Source: Candidatus Sabulitectum sp.
GTDB lineage: Bacteria; Fermentibacterota; Fermentibacteria; Fermentibacterales; JCC-6
Reading direction: 5' to 3'
Length of the DNA stretch: 62,614 nucleotides
Assembly (NCBI GenBank): GCA_029938555.1
Contig: JAOZUR010000009.1
Span: 1 to 62,614, forward strand
In this document: positions 18,440-28,524 of the stretch, in pieces
Numbering within the stretch: the first letter of the stretch is position 1
Layout of the letters: every line of letters starts with the position of its first letter
Program-made: the position numbers and the translations under genes
Notes under the pieces: generated by a model
The model's input: the letters and a program-made list of their open reading frames with translations, nothing else
What the model was told of the DNA's origin: nothing
Database searches by the model: none

Positions 18440-19062
18440 AATACGTTTTAATAGCATTCATGATAGCACTTTTTATGTTTTCAGGCTGTATTACTGTGAA
18501 TGTACCCTTGGGCGGGGGAGATTCCCAGCCATCATTTCAATGGCAGTTAAGATGGGACTCTCCTGTTGAGCATGGCAATCTGATATACAGTAATATTTTA
18601 AGAGTGCGAGACCTCGAAGCTTCCGGAAGTTATCAGCTCTCTGGAATGGTTGTTAGGCGTTCTGATGGTAGTATTACAGAAAGTTCATCAAATAGATGGG
18701 TTTCCAGACCAGGCGCAATGCTTGGTGAGCTTTTGTCTAGAGATCTCCAGGTAACAGGAAATTATCCGGCAATATTTAGAACAGCAGTTAGTGTAAATAA
18801 TGTGTTAACGGTAGAGGGTTATGTACGGGAATTTGGGGCGACTCAGGTAGATAGCACAACCTGGATTGCTGTTCTTGATGTTGATGTCACCCTTATGGGG
18901 ATTAGGGGTAACGAAGTTCTTTTGCAGCGTAATTACAGATATGAGAAAGAAATGCCCGAGACTGGTTTTCAAACCCTTGCTGATCAGATGTCATTATTAG
19001 GTCTTCAGTGGTCTGAAGCAGTGATGTCTGACATTGCAGCCATTCTTCAACCGCAAAGATAG
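18436..19062 (+). CDS. ABC-type transport auxiliary lipoprotein (PqiC/DUF330-like)
   Basis: ATGA overlap with the MlaD stop. Lipobox FMFSGC. Position and size match the auxiliary lipoprotein found in MCE operons. Confidence 0.55.
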   Translation: MKYVLIAFMIALFMFSGCITVNVPLGGGDSQPSFQWQLRWDSPVEHGNLIYSNILRVRDLEASGSYQLSGMVVRRSDGSITESSSNRWVSRPGAMLGELLSRDLQVTGNYPAIFRTAVSVNNVLTVEGYVREFGATQVDSTTWIAVLDVDVTLMGIRGNEVLLQRNYRYEKEMPETGFQTLADQMSLLGLQWSEAVMSDIAAILQPQR

Positions 19063-19070
19063 GAGTTAAA

Positions 19071-19988
19071 TTGGGTTTTTTCACAAGAAAAAAAGCAGTA
19101 ACAAAAAAATCTCAGAGCAGAACTGCTCCTCCATACGATAATATGAATAACTTTATTCTGGTTGTTTTAGATAGCTGCCGTTTTGATTCTTTCATGGAGG
19201 CTTCACCGTCTACAATAATGAAACTAGGTGAAGTTGAAGACAGGTACAGTTATGCCACATGGACTGCCCCATCTCACTATAATCTTCTTATGGGACTCAT
19301 GCCTCATACCAGCCCAAAGGGTGTTTTTGCAAGTGAATATTACAAACATGATTTCATAAAGTACAATACAAGACTCGGTGCTTCTGATATAGAGTTTAAA
19401 AGTCTTGTTCCCAGATTATGGCTTCCAGACTTTCTTCAAAGAACCATGGGTTACAGAACTCATGCTATGGTTTCGCTTCCTGTGTTGAACAGCATGACCC
19501 CGGTTAACAGTGGTTTTGATACATTCAGGCTTATGGATAAACACAATGATATGAATGCAATGCTTGATCTTATGAGATTTCCTTCAGATAGACCAAGTTT
19601 TTACATGCTTAATGTAGGGGAAACTCATTATCCTTATGCAAGGCCCACAGAAGCAAAAAATGACTGGCCTCGTATCAGTGGTGTTCACGGGGTTTTTAAA
19701 CATCTTGATGATCATATTATTGATGGATGCATTGACGAAAGCACAACAGGGGCTAAGCAGTTCTTTGATCAAAAAGAAATGGACATGCTTAAAGCCAGAC
19801 AGATTGATACAGTTAAGTACCTTGACTCAGTATTTGAAAGGCTCTTTGATATAGTTCCAGACAATACATGGATAACTGTTACAGCAGACCATGGGGAACT
19901 TTTTGGTGAAGAAGGGTATTTTGGACACGGACCGATAAACTCAGAAAAAGTATTCCAGGTTCCATTCCTGGAAGGAAAAATACGCTAA
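19071..19988 (+). CDS. Alkaline-phosphatase-superfamily (sulfatase-like) hydrolase/transferase, soluble
   Basis: Metal-site strings FILVVLDSCRFDS, TWTAPSHYN and VTADHGELFGEEGYFGHG. TTG start with AGGAG 5 nt upstream. No TM segment. Confidence 0.5.
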   Translation: MGFFTRKKAVTKKSQSRTAPPYDNMNNFILVVLDSCRFDSFMEASPSTIMKLGEVEDRYSYATWTAPSHYNLLMGLMPHTSPKGVFASEYYKHDFIKYNTRLGASDIEFKSLVPRLWLPDFLQRTMGYRTHAMVSLPVLNSMTPVNSGFDTFRLMDKHNDMNAMLDLMRFPSDRPSFYMLNVGETHYPYARPTEAKNDWPRISGVHGVFKHLDDHIIDGCIDESTTGAKQFFDQKEMDMLKARQIDTVKYLDSVFERLFDIVPDNTWITVTADHGELFGEEGYFGHGPINSEKVFQVPFLEGKIR

Positions 19989-19997
19989 AGGAGCGAA

Positions 19998-21854
19998 ATG
20001 TCAGAACAGAAGACTAAACAATTTAAAGCTGAGACTAAGCGAGTTCTTGATCTTGTTATTCACAGCCTTTACTCAAACAAAGATATATTTCTTCGGGAGC
20101 TTGTATCAAATTCTTCAGATGCTATTGATAAACTCAGATACAGCGCCCTTGATGACCCTGATCTGCTTGGGGATGAATTCGCACCGGAAATAGTTATCAG
20201 TGTTGATAAAGAAGATAAAATTCTTAGAATAGTAGATAATGGCATTGGAATGAATGCTGAGGATCTTGAAAACAATTTGGGAACTGTTGCATCTTCAGGC
20301 ACGGTTAAATTCTTGGAAGAAGCCGCTTCCAATGCAGTTAGTCCAGAGTTGATTGGTCAATTCGGTGTTGGTTTTTACTCTGCCTTTATGGTGGCTGATG
20401 TTGTTACTGTTCGCAGTCGCAAGGCCGGGGAAGAAGCCGGTTGGATTTGGGTAAGTGGTGATACTGACGGTTATACAATTGATTCAGCTGAAGATCTTCC
20501 TGTTGGAACATCAATAGAACTGAAAATGAAAGAAGATTCAGAAGAGTATCTTGATACTTGGAAGATTGAATCTCTTGTTAAACATTATTCAGATTTTGTA
20601 AGTAATCCAGTGTTCCTCATCAAGGAGGAAACAGATGAAAATGATAAAACTGAAGAAAAGAAAAGCCAGATAAATACTGGAACTCCAGTATGGCTTCGTT
20701 CTCCTTCAGATGTTGAAGACTCAGAGTACAACAGTTTCTACTCACATTTGACCCATGACCACTCAGAACCGTTGGACAGATTCTGGTACCATGGAGAGGG
20801 AATGACAGAATTTTTCTCTCTGGTTTTCATACCAGCTTCAAGAGGCATGGATATGATGATTCCTGATAGAAGACCAGGCTTAAGTCTGTACGCCCGCAAG
20901 GTGATGATAATGGAAAGGGCTGAAAATATTCTCCCTCCATATCTGCATTTCCTCCGTGGGGTAGTTGAAAGTCCAGATGTATCATTGAATGTTTCCAGAG
21001 AACTCTTGCAGCAGGACAGAGTCTTGAAAACGGTCAACAAGGTTCTCACCAGAAAAATTCTTGATAATTTTAGTGAAATGCTTGAAAAAGACAGAGAAAA
21101 ATACAATAAATTCTTTGCTCTTTATGGTGATTTTATAAAAGAGGGTGTTTACTCAGATCATGAGCGTAAAGAGGAACTGGCTTCACTCCTTCTGTTTAAT
21201 ACTTCCAAGGTGGATGAAGAAAAATCACTTACTGATATTATAGAAAACATTCCTGAAGATGGATCAATCTATTATCTTGGTGGAGCTTCTCTTGGGGAAC
21301 TGAAGCGTTCTCCTCACCTTGAATCTGCAGGTGAAAGTGAAGTAATTCTTTTGCATGGTCCAGTCGACCTTCTTTCTGTTGAGTCTCTTATGGAGTTCAA
21401 AGGCAGAAAATTCGTAAATCTTGCAAGCGAAACCAGCGATAAAGATTTGTCAAAGGAAGACAAAGAGATCAAAGAAAAAGCTGAAAAAGAACACTCTGGT
21501 CTTATTGACTCCATAAAAGAGATTCTAGGAGAAAAAGTATCAGCAGTAAGATTCTCACCAAGGCTCCGTGAAACACCATGTATTCTTGTTGCCGCACAGG
21601 ACGATCCCGGTGAAATGATGAAAATGATGATGCGTGCCATGAATCAGGATGCTCCAGAATCTAAGAAAATTCTTGAACTAAACCCTGCTCACCCAGTGGT
21701 TGCTTCTTTGGAGTTGTTGAACGAGAATTCAGATTCAAAAGAAGAGTTTAGCAATAGAGTTGAAATGCTTCTTGAATTGGCGAAAGTTCTTTCCGGTGCC
21801 AGGCCGGACGATCCAACTAGATTTGGTAAATTTGTAGCTGAATTAATGGGCTAA
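19998..21854 (+). CDS. htpG: Molecular chaperone HtpG (Hsp90)
   Basis: The N-terminal GHKL ATPase strings ETKRVLDLVIHSLYSNKDIFLRELVSNSSDAIDKLRY, DNGIGM and GQFGVGFYSAFMVAD are present. The 618-aa length is typical. Confidence 0.95.
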   Translation: MSEQKTKQFKAETKRVLDLVIHSLYSNKDIFLRELVSNSSDAIDKLRYSALDDPDLLGDEFAPEIVISVDKEDKILRIVDNGIGMNAEDLENNLGTVASSGTVKFLEEAASNAVSPELIGQFGVGFYSAFMVADVVTVRSRKAGEEAGWIWVSGDTDGYTIDSAEDLPVGTSIELKMKEDSEEYLDTWKIESLVKHYSDFVSNPVFLIKEETDENDKTEEKKSQINTGTPVWLRSPSDVEDSEYNSFYSHLTHDHSEPLDRFWYHGEGMTEFFSLVFIPASRGMDMMIPDRRPGLSLYARKVMIMERAENILPPYLHFLRGVVESPDVSLNVSRELLQQDRVLKTVNKVLTRKILDNFSEMLEKDREKYNKFFALYGDFIKEGVYSDHERKEELASLLLFNTSKVDEEKSLTDIIENIPEDGSIYYLGGASLGELKRSPHLESAGESEVILLHGPVDLLSVESLMEFKGRKFVNLASETSDKDLSKEDKEIKEKAEKEHSGLIDSIKEILGEKVSAVRFSPRLRETPCILVAAQDDPGEMMKMMMRAMNQDAPESKKILELNPAHPVVASLELLNENSDSKEEFSNRVEMLLELAKVLSGARPDDPTRFGKFVAELMG

Positions 21855-21872
21855 CCTATTCGGGGAGTGCAA

Positions 21873-22562
21873 ATGCAATATCTTATAATTGTTGTGGTGT
21901 CTGTACTCCCCGGTTTTGGGTGGCTTTGGTATTTTTACAAAGCTGACAAATATGAACCTGAACCGAAAAAACTTGTGCTAAGAACCTTCCTATTGGGGGT
22001 TTTTGTCGCCATAGCCATGGGAACGTCTTTTGAAGGTCTTGCTTTTCCCTGGGGACCGGCAAAATACTCGGCTGTTGTTTGGGCTCCAATTATTGAAGAA
22101 TCGGCAAAGTTTTTAATTGTTTTTTGGACAGTATTTGCAAACAAAAACTTTAATGAGCCGTTTGATGGTATTGTATATGCGGCTTCAGCAGCTCTTGGTT
22201 TTGCAGCCTGTGAAAATGCATTTTATGTATTTTCCAGCTGGCATGGGGGCAGTCCTGTTTTGGGTGTTTATACCCTGCTTGCTCGTTCGGTTTTTAGCGT
22301 TCCAGGTCATGCGCTTTTTTCTGCATTTTTTGGTGCTGCCCTTGGGTATGCAAAGGGTAGAAAAGGGTTAAAACCTGTTTTAGTAGTAATTTTAGGACTT
22401 TTGCTTTCCATGGTGGCACATGGTTTGTTCAATTGGCTGACAATTGAAAATTTCTATGGGGGCCTTGTTTTTATTGTATTTATGGCTGTTTTGTGGCGTT
22501 TTGCTTACAAGATGCTATTAGTTCCAGCTTTGAATGCTTCACCCTTTAAAAAACTTAGATAG
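21873..22562 (+). CDS. PrsW-family intramembrane metalloprotease
   Basis: The polytopic protein carries EESAKF and GHALFSAFFG motifs. ATG 21873 has GGGGAG 5 nt upstream and is preferred over GTG 21867. Confidence 0.75.
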   Translation: MQYLIIVVVSVLPGFGWLWYFYKADKYEPEPKKLVLRTFLLGVFVAIAMGTSFEGLAFPWGPAKYSAVVWAPIIEESAKFLIVFWTVFANKNFNEPFDGIVYAASAALGFAACENAFYVFSSWHGGSPVLGVYTLLARSVFSVPGHALFSAFFGAALGYAKGRKGLKPVLVVILGLLLSMVAHGLFNWLTIENFYGGLVFIVFMAVLWRFAYKMLLVPALNASPFKKLR

Positions 22563-22571
22563 GATTCATTT

Positions 22572-23024
22572 ATGGAAATGGAATTCTCAGTATTTTCTTT
22601 AAACATCTCACCTGAAAAAGGTACAGAAAAAACTCCGATTAATTCAATAAGAGTTATCTCGTCAGGTTTTGAGAATGATGCTCACGCCGGCAACTGGCAT
22701 AGACAAATCAGTTTGCTGGACCACGAAAGCGTGGTAGACTTTGCAGAAAGAAGTGGGCTTCTAATAAAACCAGGTGATTTTGGAGAGAATATTACCACAG
22801 AAGGTATTGATATTACTTTATTGACTCCAGGTTTGATAATTGAAGGTTCAGATGGTTTGCGACTAAAGGTAACACAGGTAGGAAAAGAATGCCATGGTGA
22901 TGATTGCACAATTTATCAAAAGGTTGGTAAGTGCATTATGCCCAAGAGAGGAGTATTCTGCCGAGTGCTTTCTCCTGGACATTTGCACCATGGTGATATA
23001 CTTACCCTTACGGAAACAGAATAA
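22572..23024 (+). CDS. MOSC domain-containing protein
   Basis: The 150-aa protein contains GDFGENITTEGIDI...LRLKVTQVGKECH, typical of small MOSC proteins. Confidence 0.7.
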   Translation: MEMEFSVFSLNISPEKGTEKTPINSIRVISSGFENDAHAGNWHRQISLLDHESVVDFAERSGLLIKPGDFGENITTEGIDITLLTPGLIIEGSDGLRLKVTQVGKECHGDDCTIYQKVGKCIMPKRGVFCRVLSPGHLHHGDILTLTETE

Positions 23025-23050
23025 CACCCTGTAAACTGAAAGAAGGTTCC

Positions 23051-24535
23051 ATGTCGATATTTAACGATTTAAAGGAAGCTGTTACCAGAAACATCGGAAG
23101 GGTGATGGATGCTGGTGCTCAGTACAGCGATGTCCGTTGGTATGAAGATGACAGCTCTGAAATGCTTATGTTGCTTGATGGAAATCTTGAGGGCAACGAT
23201 ACAACAGTGGAAAGCGGACTGGGTGTCCGTGTACTTTATGGTGGCGCTTGGGGTTTTGCTGCAACAAGTCAAATTGTAAATGTAGATACTTGTTTTGATA
23301 GAGCTTTGGCCAACGCAGTATCTGCTTCAAAGCTTGTAAAAGTGAAACTTGATATGGGAACAATGGACGGCCATACCGGTAGTTATACTTCGCCGTTTAA
23401 GATTGACCCTATTGATGTCAGTCTTTCCGAGAAAGTTGATTTTCTCAAAGGTGTAGATGACTCTCTCACAGAAGACTGGATTTTACGAAGAATGCTTAGA
23501 GTTCAACTTCAGAGAATGATAATTCATTTCTGGAGCAGTGAGGGCACATATACTCAGAAAAAACTTATCAACACATTTGCACACATGACAGTTATGGCAC
23601 TTGATTCTGATAGGCAGATGCAGAGACGATCAAAATCTCTTTTTTGTGAGACTGGTGGAACAAGAGGCTGGGAGATGCTCACTAAACCAGCATTATGGAG
23701 TGGTCATGCTGAAAGAGTTAAAAAAGAATTAAAAGAGGTTCTTGTTGCACCTGAACTGGAATACGGTAAACGATCCGTAATTTTGTTACCAGGCCAGGGG
23801 CATCTTCAAGTGCACGAAACAATAGGTCACCCATTGGAGCTTGATAGAATTCTTGGTTACGAGCTTTCTTATGCAGGGGGAAGTTTTGTTAATCTAGATT
23901 CATTCGGAAAATTGAAGTATGGATCTGACAAACTTTCAGTCAGCGCTTATGGATCAATTGTTAACAGTCCTGGAACATTTGGATTTGATGCCGAAGGAAC
24001 ACCGGAACGAGATTATCTGCTGATTGACAAGGGTATTCTTGTGGACTGTCTTACTTCCAGAGCAATGATTAGTGAAGCAAATCAGAGAGCCGGCAGAAAA
24101 GTGTTTACAGAAAGCGGTGGAGCAAGCAGGTCAACAGCTTTTTATCGTGCCCCAATAGATAGAATGACCAATGTGAATATTCTTCCAGGAGATGATGGAA
24201 CTCTTAAAGACATCATTGCAACCACAGAAGATGGTATTATTGTAGATAATCCCACAAGCTGGTCCATTGGATCGAACCGTGAACATTTCCACTTCGGATG
24301 TGAAATTGCATGGGAAGTAAAGAACGGTGAAATTACACGAGTTCTTAGAAATCCTTCCTATCAGGGGCATACAGTAGAGTTCTATAACAATCTTTCTGCA
24401 GTTGGAGATGAATCCAGCTGGGTTGTTGAACAGGTTGAGAATTGTGGAAAGGGAGAGCCAAACCAGGTTATGGAACTTGGTCACGGTCTTCCTGTGATAA
24501 AGTTCGATAATGTCATTTCCGGAGAAAGGAAGTAA
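23051..24535 (+). CDS. tldD: TldD-family metallopeptidase
   Basis: HExxxH motif in VHETIGHPLELDR. Size and pairing with a PmbA-like gene fit TldD. Confidence 0.8.
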   Translation: MSIFNDLKEAVTRNIGRVMDAGAQYSDVRWYEDDSSEMLMLLDGNLEGNDTTVESGLGVRVLYGGAWGFAATSQIVNVDTCFDRALANAVSASKLVKVKLDMGTMDGHTGSYTSPFKIDPIDVSLSEKVDFLKGVDDSLTEDWILRRMLRVQLQRMIIHFWSSEGTYTQKKLINTFAHMTVMALDSDRQMQRRSKSLFCETGGTRGWEMLTKPALWSGHAERVKKELKEVLVAPELEYGKRSVILLPGQGHLQVHETIGHPLELDRILGYELSYAGGSFVNLDSFGKLKYGSDKLSVSAYGSIVNSPGTFGFDAEGTPERDYLLIDKGILVDCLTSRAMISEANQRAGRKVFTESGGASRSTAFYRAPIDRMTNVNILPGDDGTLKDIIATTEDGIIVDNPTSWSIGSNREHFHFGCEIAWEVKNGEITRVLRNPSYQGHTVEFYNNLSAVGDESSWVVEQVENCGKGEPNQVMELGHGLPVIKFDNVISGERK

Positions 24536-24536
24536 C

Positions 24537-25901
24537 ATGATGAATGAAGCAACTAAAACAATGATAACAGAGACCAGAGATTTGGCACGCAAAAATGGTA
24601 TAAAAGCATCTATTCATTTCCATCATGAGAACAGTCATCTTATGCGAATTGGAAACAATTCAGTTAGTTTAAATACAAGCGAAGAATTGACTAGGATTGA
24701 TATTGAAGTTATTGATGGAATGAAAAAAGGCACACATACACATCTAGGGGAAATTTCTTCTGTGGATGAATTGTTCAAGATGGTTCAAATGGTTTCTGTG
24801 AAGGCAGGTAAATCTGCTGCCATGGATTATAAACCAGTTTTAACTGTTATTGAAGGCAATCTGGAAATAGAATCTCAGTACGATGCTGGTTTAGAGAGCC
24901 TAAATCCATCTGTAAAAGAACAGGTCTATAGCGCAATTTTCCGCGATGTAGGTGAGGACTATAACTACTCAGGTTCCTGGTCAAGTGGAAGTACTGAAAC
25001 TTTTTCAGTTACCACTGCTAATGATAATTCTGTTTGGCACAAGTTAACTGATCAGCAGTTCATGTGTGTTCTTAAACATCCTGAAAAAATGTGGGAACTT
25101 GCAAGTTGGCAGACTGGGTGGAAAGCCGATGATGTAAAAGCAGACTTTACTATTGATGAATTCAAGAATATTCTTCCTGTTTATGAAACCACTGAAGGTT
25201 TTGAAGTTGAACCGGGGAAATACAAAGTTGTTCTTGGATCCCAGGCCATTAGTGATCTCATTGGCATGACTGTATGGACAGGTTGTGCAGGGCGCACCTG
25301 GGAGATGAAAATGGGTTGGACCGCAGACAATAAAATTGGAGATGATATTCTTCATCCATCAGTTACAGTGTTTGATGATCCTACTAATGAGAATATCTTT
25401 TCTGAACCCCTTAGTGACTCTGGAATGTTAACAAAAACACTTCCAATGATAGATAAGGGTAAATTTGCTGGTCTTCTTTATGACAGAAATACAGCATCAA
25501 AGTATGATAAAGAAGCAACGGCAAATGCAGGATGCCTTGCCATGCAACCAGGTGATGGTGATCCTGATTTCTTGAAAGCAGTTAAAGACCAGGGAAGAGT
25601 GCTTTACATACCAGCAATTCATTACATGAATATGCCAAATATGAGCAAAGGTATTTTTACAGGTAGTAGCCGTTTCAGTGCTGTTCTTATTGAAGACGGT
25701 AAAATTGTCAGTCCCATATTCTCAAGCAGAATTACTGATCAATTTGCTAATATTTTTGGTAATGTACTTTCAATTTCTTCGGAAACAATAAGCGTTAATA
25801 CATCCAATACTTATGGTAGAAGAGCACCTGGTGCTGTTTCTGTACCAACTTGGATTCTGGTTGATGGTGTAAAGATCACTGACTGCGCCGAAAGTTTCTA
25901 A
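24537..25901 (+). CDS. TldE/PmbA-family protein (partner of TldD)
   Basis: It starts 2 nt after the tldD stop, with GGAGAAAGGAAG upstream. It has the same family size and lacks HExxxH, as expected for PmbA. I prefer ATG 24537 over the ORF-track start at 24510. Confidence 0.6.
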   Translation: MMNEATKTMITETRDLARKNGIKASIHFHHENSHLMRIGNNSVSLNTSEELTRIDIEVIDGMKKGTHTHLGEISSVDELFKMVQMVSVKAGKSAAMDYKPVLTVIEGNLEIESQYDAGLESLNPSVKEQVYSAIFRDVGEDYNYSGSWSSGSTETFSVTTANDNSVWHKLTDQQFMCVLKHPEKMWELASWQTGWKADDVKADFTIDEFKNILPVYETTEGFEVEPGKYKVVLGSQAISDLIGMTVWTGCAGRTWEMKMGWTADNKIGDDILHPSVTVFDDPTNENIFSEPLSDSGMLTKTLPMIDKGKFAGLLYDRNTASKYDKEATANAGCLAMQPGDGDPDFLKAVKDQGRVLYIPAIHYMNMPNMSKGIFTGSSRFSAVLIEDGKIVSPIFSSRITDQFANIFGNVLSISSETISVNTSNTYGRRAPGAVSVPTWILVDGVKITDCAESF

Positions 25902-26884
25902 CTAAGTGAATCAACAATCCCCTTCAGAGTTAACACTTTGGAGGGGTTTGCATCTTCATATTTTGCAAGTTGTTCTAATTCGTATTCATCTGTGGGAATT
26001 CTTCCGATTCTTGCAATAGTATTTGATTCTCTGTGTCTTATCAGAAGATTTTTCCATTCATATTGAGAAGGGAATTCCTTTGCAAGTTTTTCTGTTATCT
26101 TGGCGATAACATCAGCAAATTTGTTTTGATCATCTGGTGGGTCAACTGGGGTAAATCGTATACTGAAACCCATACCAGAAGTTTGCTCACAAGAAGCCAC
26201 TAAAATTGTGCAATCTGTTCTTTTCCAGAGTTTCCAAGGCGCTGATGGCACAAGTACAGGCACTCCAAAATTAGTTATCCAACTACCTCCAGGTCCACCG
26301 TATGCGGTGGATGCATAATGAATAATTCTACCACTTTGCAGTGTTCTGTACATCCATCTGGGGTTCTCATCAGGAAAATGAAGGTTGTTCCATTTTTTCC
26401 CAATGGACAGTCTGCATTTCCGGGCATACTTCGGCATATCAGTGTATCTGCTTGTTATAACATCAACTGGGTAACCCTCCATGCCAAGTATAACATGAAG
26501 ACTTCGTTCGTCACCAAAATGGGGAACAAGAAGTAAAACTCCTTTTTTTGACTCAAGAGCTTCATCAAGAAAATCTCGTCCCGTCCATGAAATGTTAGTT
26601 TCCATATCTTTGTAGATTTTGTTTTTTAGATAGAAGAGAGCAAACAGGTTTCTTTCATGAACTCGCCAATACCCAGCAAGAATTGTTTTTCTCCAAGCCT
26701 CATCACTACTGGGGAAGAAGCGTTTTAAATGATCATTGTATAAGTTGTTTCTACCAGATGATACTTTACCGCGTAAAGCAGAAACAAGATTTGATATTTT
26801 TTCAACGTTTGAACCGGATTTTGCCAGTTTTACAGCAAGACTTATAAAGCGGTAGTACAGTGAAGACAAACCGGAAGCTTTCAT
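25898..26884 (-). CDS. Lysophospholipid/lipid A biosynthesis acyltransferase family protein (LpxL/HtrB-like)
   Basis: LLLVPHFGDERS resembles the HFGNWE catalytic region of LpxL-type acyltransferases. The 3' end overlaps the convergent PmbA-like gene by 4 nt. Confidence 0.45.
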   Translation of the reverse strand: MKASGLSSLYYRFISLAVKLAKSGSNVEKISNLVSALRGKVSSGRNNLYNDHLKRFFPSSDEAWRKTILAGYWRVHERNLFALFYLKNKIYKDMETNISWTGRDFLDEALESKKGVLLLVPHFGDERSLHVILGMEGYPVDVITSRYTDMPKYARKCRLSIGKKWNNLHFPDENPRWMYRTLQSGRIIHYASTAYGGPGGSWITNFGVPVLVPSAPWKLWKRTDCTILVASCEQTSGMGFSIRFTPVDPPDDQNKFADVIAKITEKLAKEFPSQYEWKNLLIRHRESNTIARIGRIPTDEYELEQLAKYEDANPSKVLTLKGIVDSLS

Positions 26885-27087
26885 TTATCAAAATCTCCTT
26901 TTATTAGTACTCTGTTAAGCAATAACTGTTGTGCTCGGCTGACTCGCACAGCTGATAAGCGAGGTTAATATGGAACTCAGGGTATTTGTTCGCCAAATTG
27001 AATCTAGTACTTCAGAGGTCTAATGTCAGTTCTTGTATCTTTATACTTGGATGGTAAATCACACATGAAATTATTCTGATATAGGAA

Positions 27088-28524
27088 TTACTGCTTTATA
27101 TATGTGATTCTTCCAGTCAAACAATTAGAAGTGTTTTCTCCGGTAACTCTTAATAGATAAACAAAACTACTACTGTTTGTGTTACCCAGCTGAATTGTGG
27201 TGTTAGTACTTTGCAGAGTGTGTTTTAAAACTAGTCTACCAGAAAGGTCGAAAAATTCCACAAAGTTGAAGTTACCGTTGTCTGGTATTGTTATTGTAAT
27301 AGACCCAGAGGTTGGGTTTGGGGAAATTTGCAAGAAATTAAGCTCTTGAGGCTGTGAGCCTGATTGCATCTGAAAATCATTTCCATGGTGATACCCCAAA
27401 TCCACAATTAAAGTATCTGGTATGCTGTCTGTTCTTGTCCATGTTTGCTCAAGGTTGTATTCTTCTGAAAATTTTTCTCCTGCATTAACACAAGGACTGT
27501 TGTAACTTTGACCAGCGGCAGTTTGACTTAGATAAAAGTCGGTTACAAATAGCGGATTTTCAGAAATGTTACCTGCTGTTCCTGTTGGGTCCGGTAGATT
27601 CCCGTAGTTGCCGTCTGGGTTGTCCCACACGCAGTTATATTCAAATACGGGGTTGCCGCCATCTTGAATATAAAATGCTGGACCAGCATTGCCAGTGACA
27701 ATGTTGTGGTGAAGTATTGGTGATGAGTTTACTCTGAAATACACTGCGCTTCCAGTGTATAATGCATAGTTATTTACAATGGTGCAGAAAGAAATCTCGG
27801 GATTGGAAAGGGCATAACAGTATATGCCTCCTCCGTCATCATGTGCATAACCGTCCTGGAAGATACAGTTAAGAATAACAGGTGAACTATGGTAACAGAA
27901 TATTGCGCCACCGTCATCCCATGAAACATTTTCGCTGAAAGATGAATGACTAATGGAACCATTTGAAGTGTATAGGTAAATCGCTGCTCCAGCAGAGAGG
28001 CATTCATTATTTTGAAAGCTACAGTTTCTGATAACCGGGTTGCCTTTCCAGCAGTAGATCGCCCCTCCATTGTCTGCTTTACAGTTATTGAATAAGGAAA
28101 ATTTTATCAAAGGGGAGCTGTGTTTTGTATGAATTGCTCCACCGAAGGCATCAATTGAGGCATTGGCTTCCAAAAAAGTGAAACCGGAAATAACCATTGT
28201 TGTGTCAATTGCTTCTGTTCCTGTGCAGTCAATGTCTATGATACTGTCAGAAATATTATCTCCAGATAGGATTACCGACGAAGGGTTTTGTTCATTTCCA
28301 AGAAGTACGATCCCATTATGGTCATGATTTATTCTTATTAAATTTTCACCAGTTCCGTAATGAAAACCAGGCATGATAAGTACAGTATCTCCAGCCACTG
28401 AAGAATCAAGAGCATTCTGAATGCTTTCGCCAGGTAATACTTGCGTGGTGTAGGCTAGTATGGTCACAATTAGGATAATCAATTTATCACCATGATTTTC
28501 CCAGTAATCTCTGCTTGATGCCAA
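27088..28524 (-). CDS. Secreted right-handed beta-helix protein with Pmp-like GGAI/FxxN repeats and a T9SS C-terminal sorting domain (paralog B)
   Basis: Repeats include FLEANASIDAFGGAIH, FNNCKADNGGAIYC, FSENVSWDDGGAIFC and FQDGYAHDDGGGIYC. The CTD reads FVEFFDLSGRLVLKH...YLLRVTGEN...GRITYIKQ. Confidence 0.7.
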   Translation of the reverse strand: MASSRDYWENHGDKLIILIVTILAYTTQVLPGESIQNALDSSVAGDTVLIMPGFHYGTGENLIRINHDHNGIVLLGNEQNPSSVILSGDNISDSIIDIDCTGTEAIDTTMVISGFTFLEANASIDAFGGAIHTKHSSPLIKFSLFNNCKADNGGAIYCWKGNPVIRNCSFQNNECLSAGAAIYLYTSNGSISHSSFSENVSWDDGGAIFCYHSSPVILNCIFQDGYAHDDGGGIYCYALSNPEISFCTIVNNYALYTGSAVYFRVNSSPILHHNIVTGNAGPAFYIQDGGNPVFEYNCVWDNPDGNYGNLPDPTGTAGNISENPLFVTDFYLSQTAAGQSYNSPCVNAGEKFSEEYNLEQTWTRTDSIPDTLIVDLGYHHGNDFQMQSGSQPQELNFLQISPNPTSGSITITIPDNGNFNFVEFFDLSGRLVLKHTLQSTNTTIQLGNTNSSSFVYLLRVTGENTSNCLTGRITYIKQ

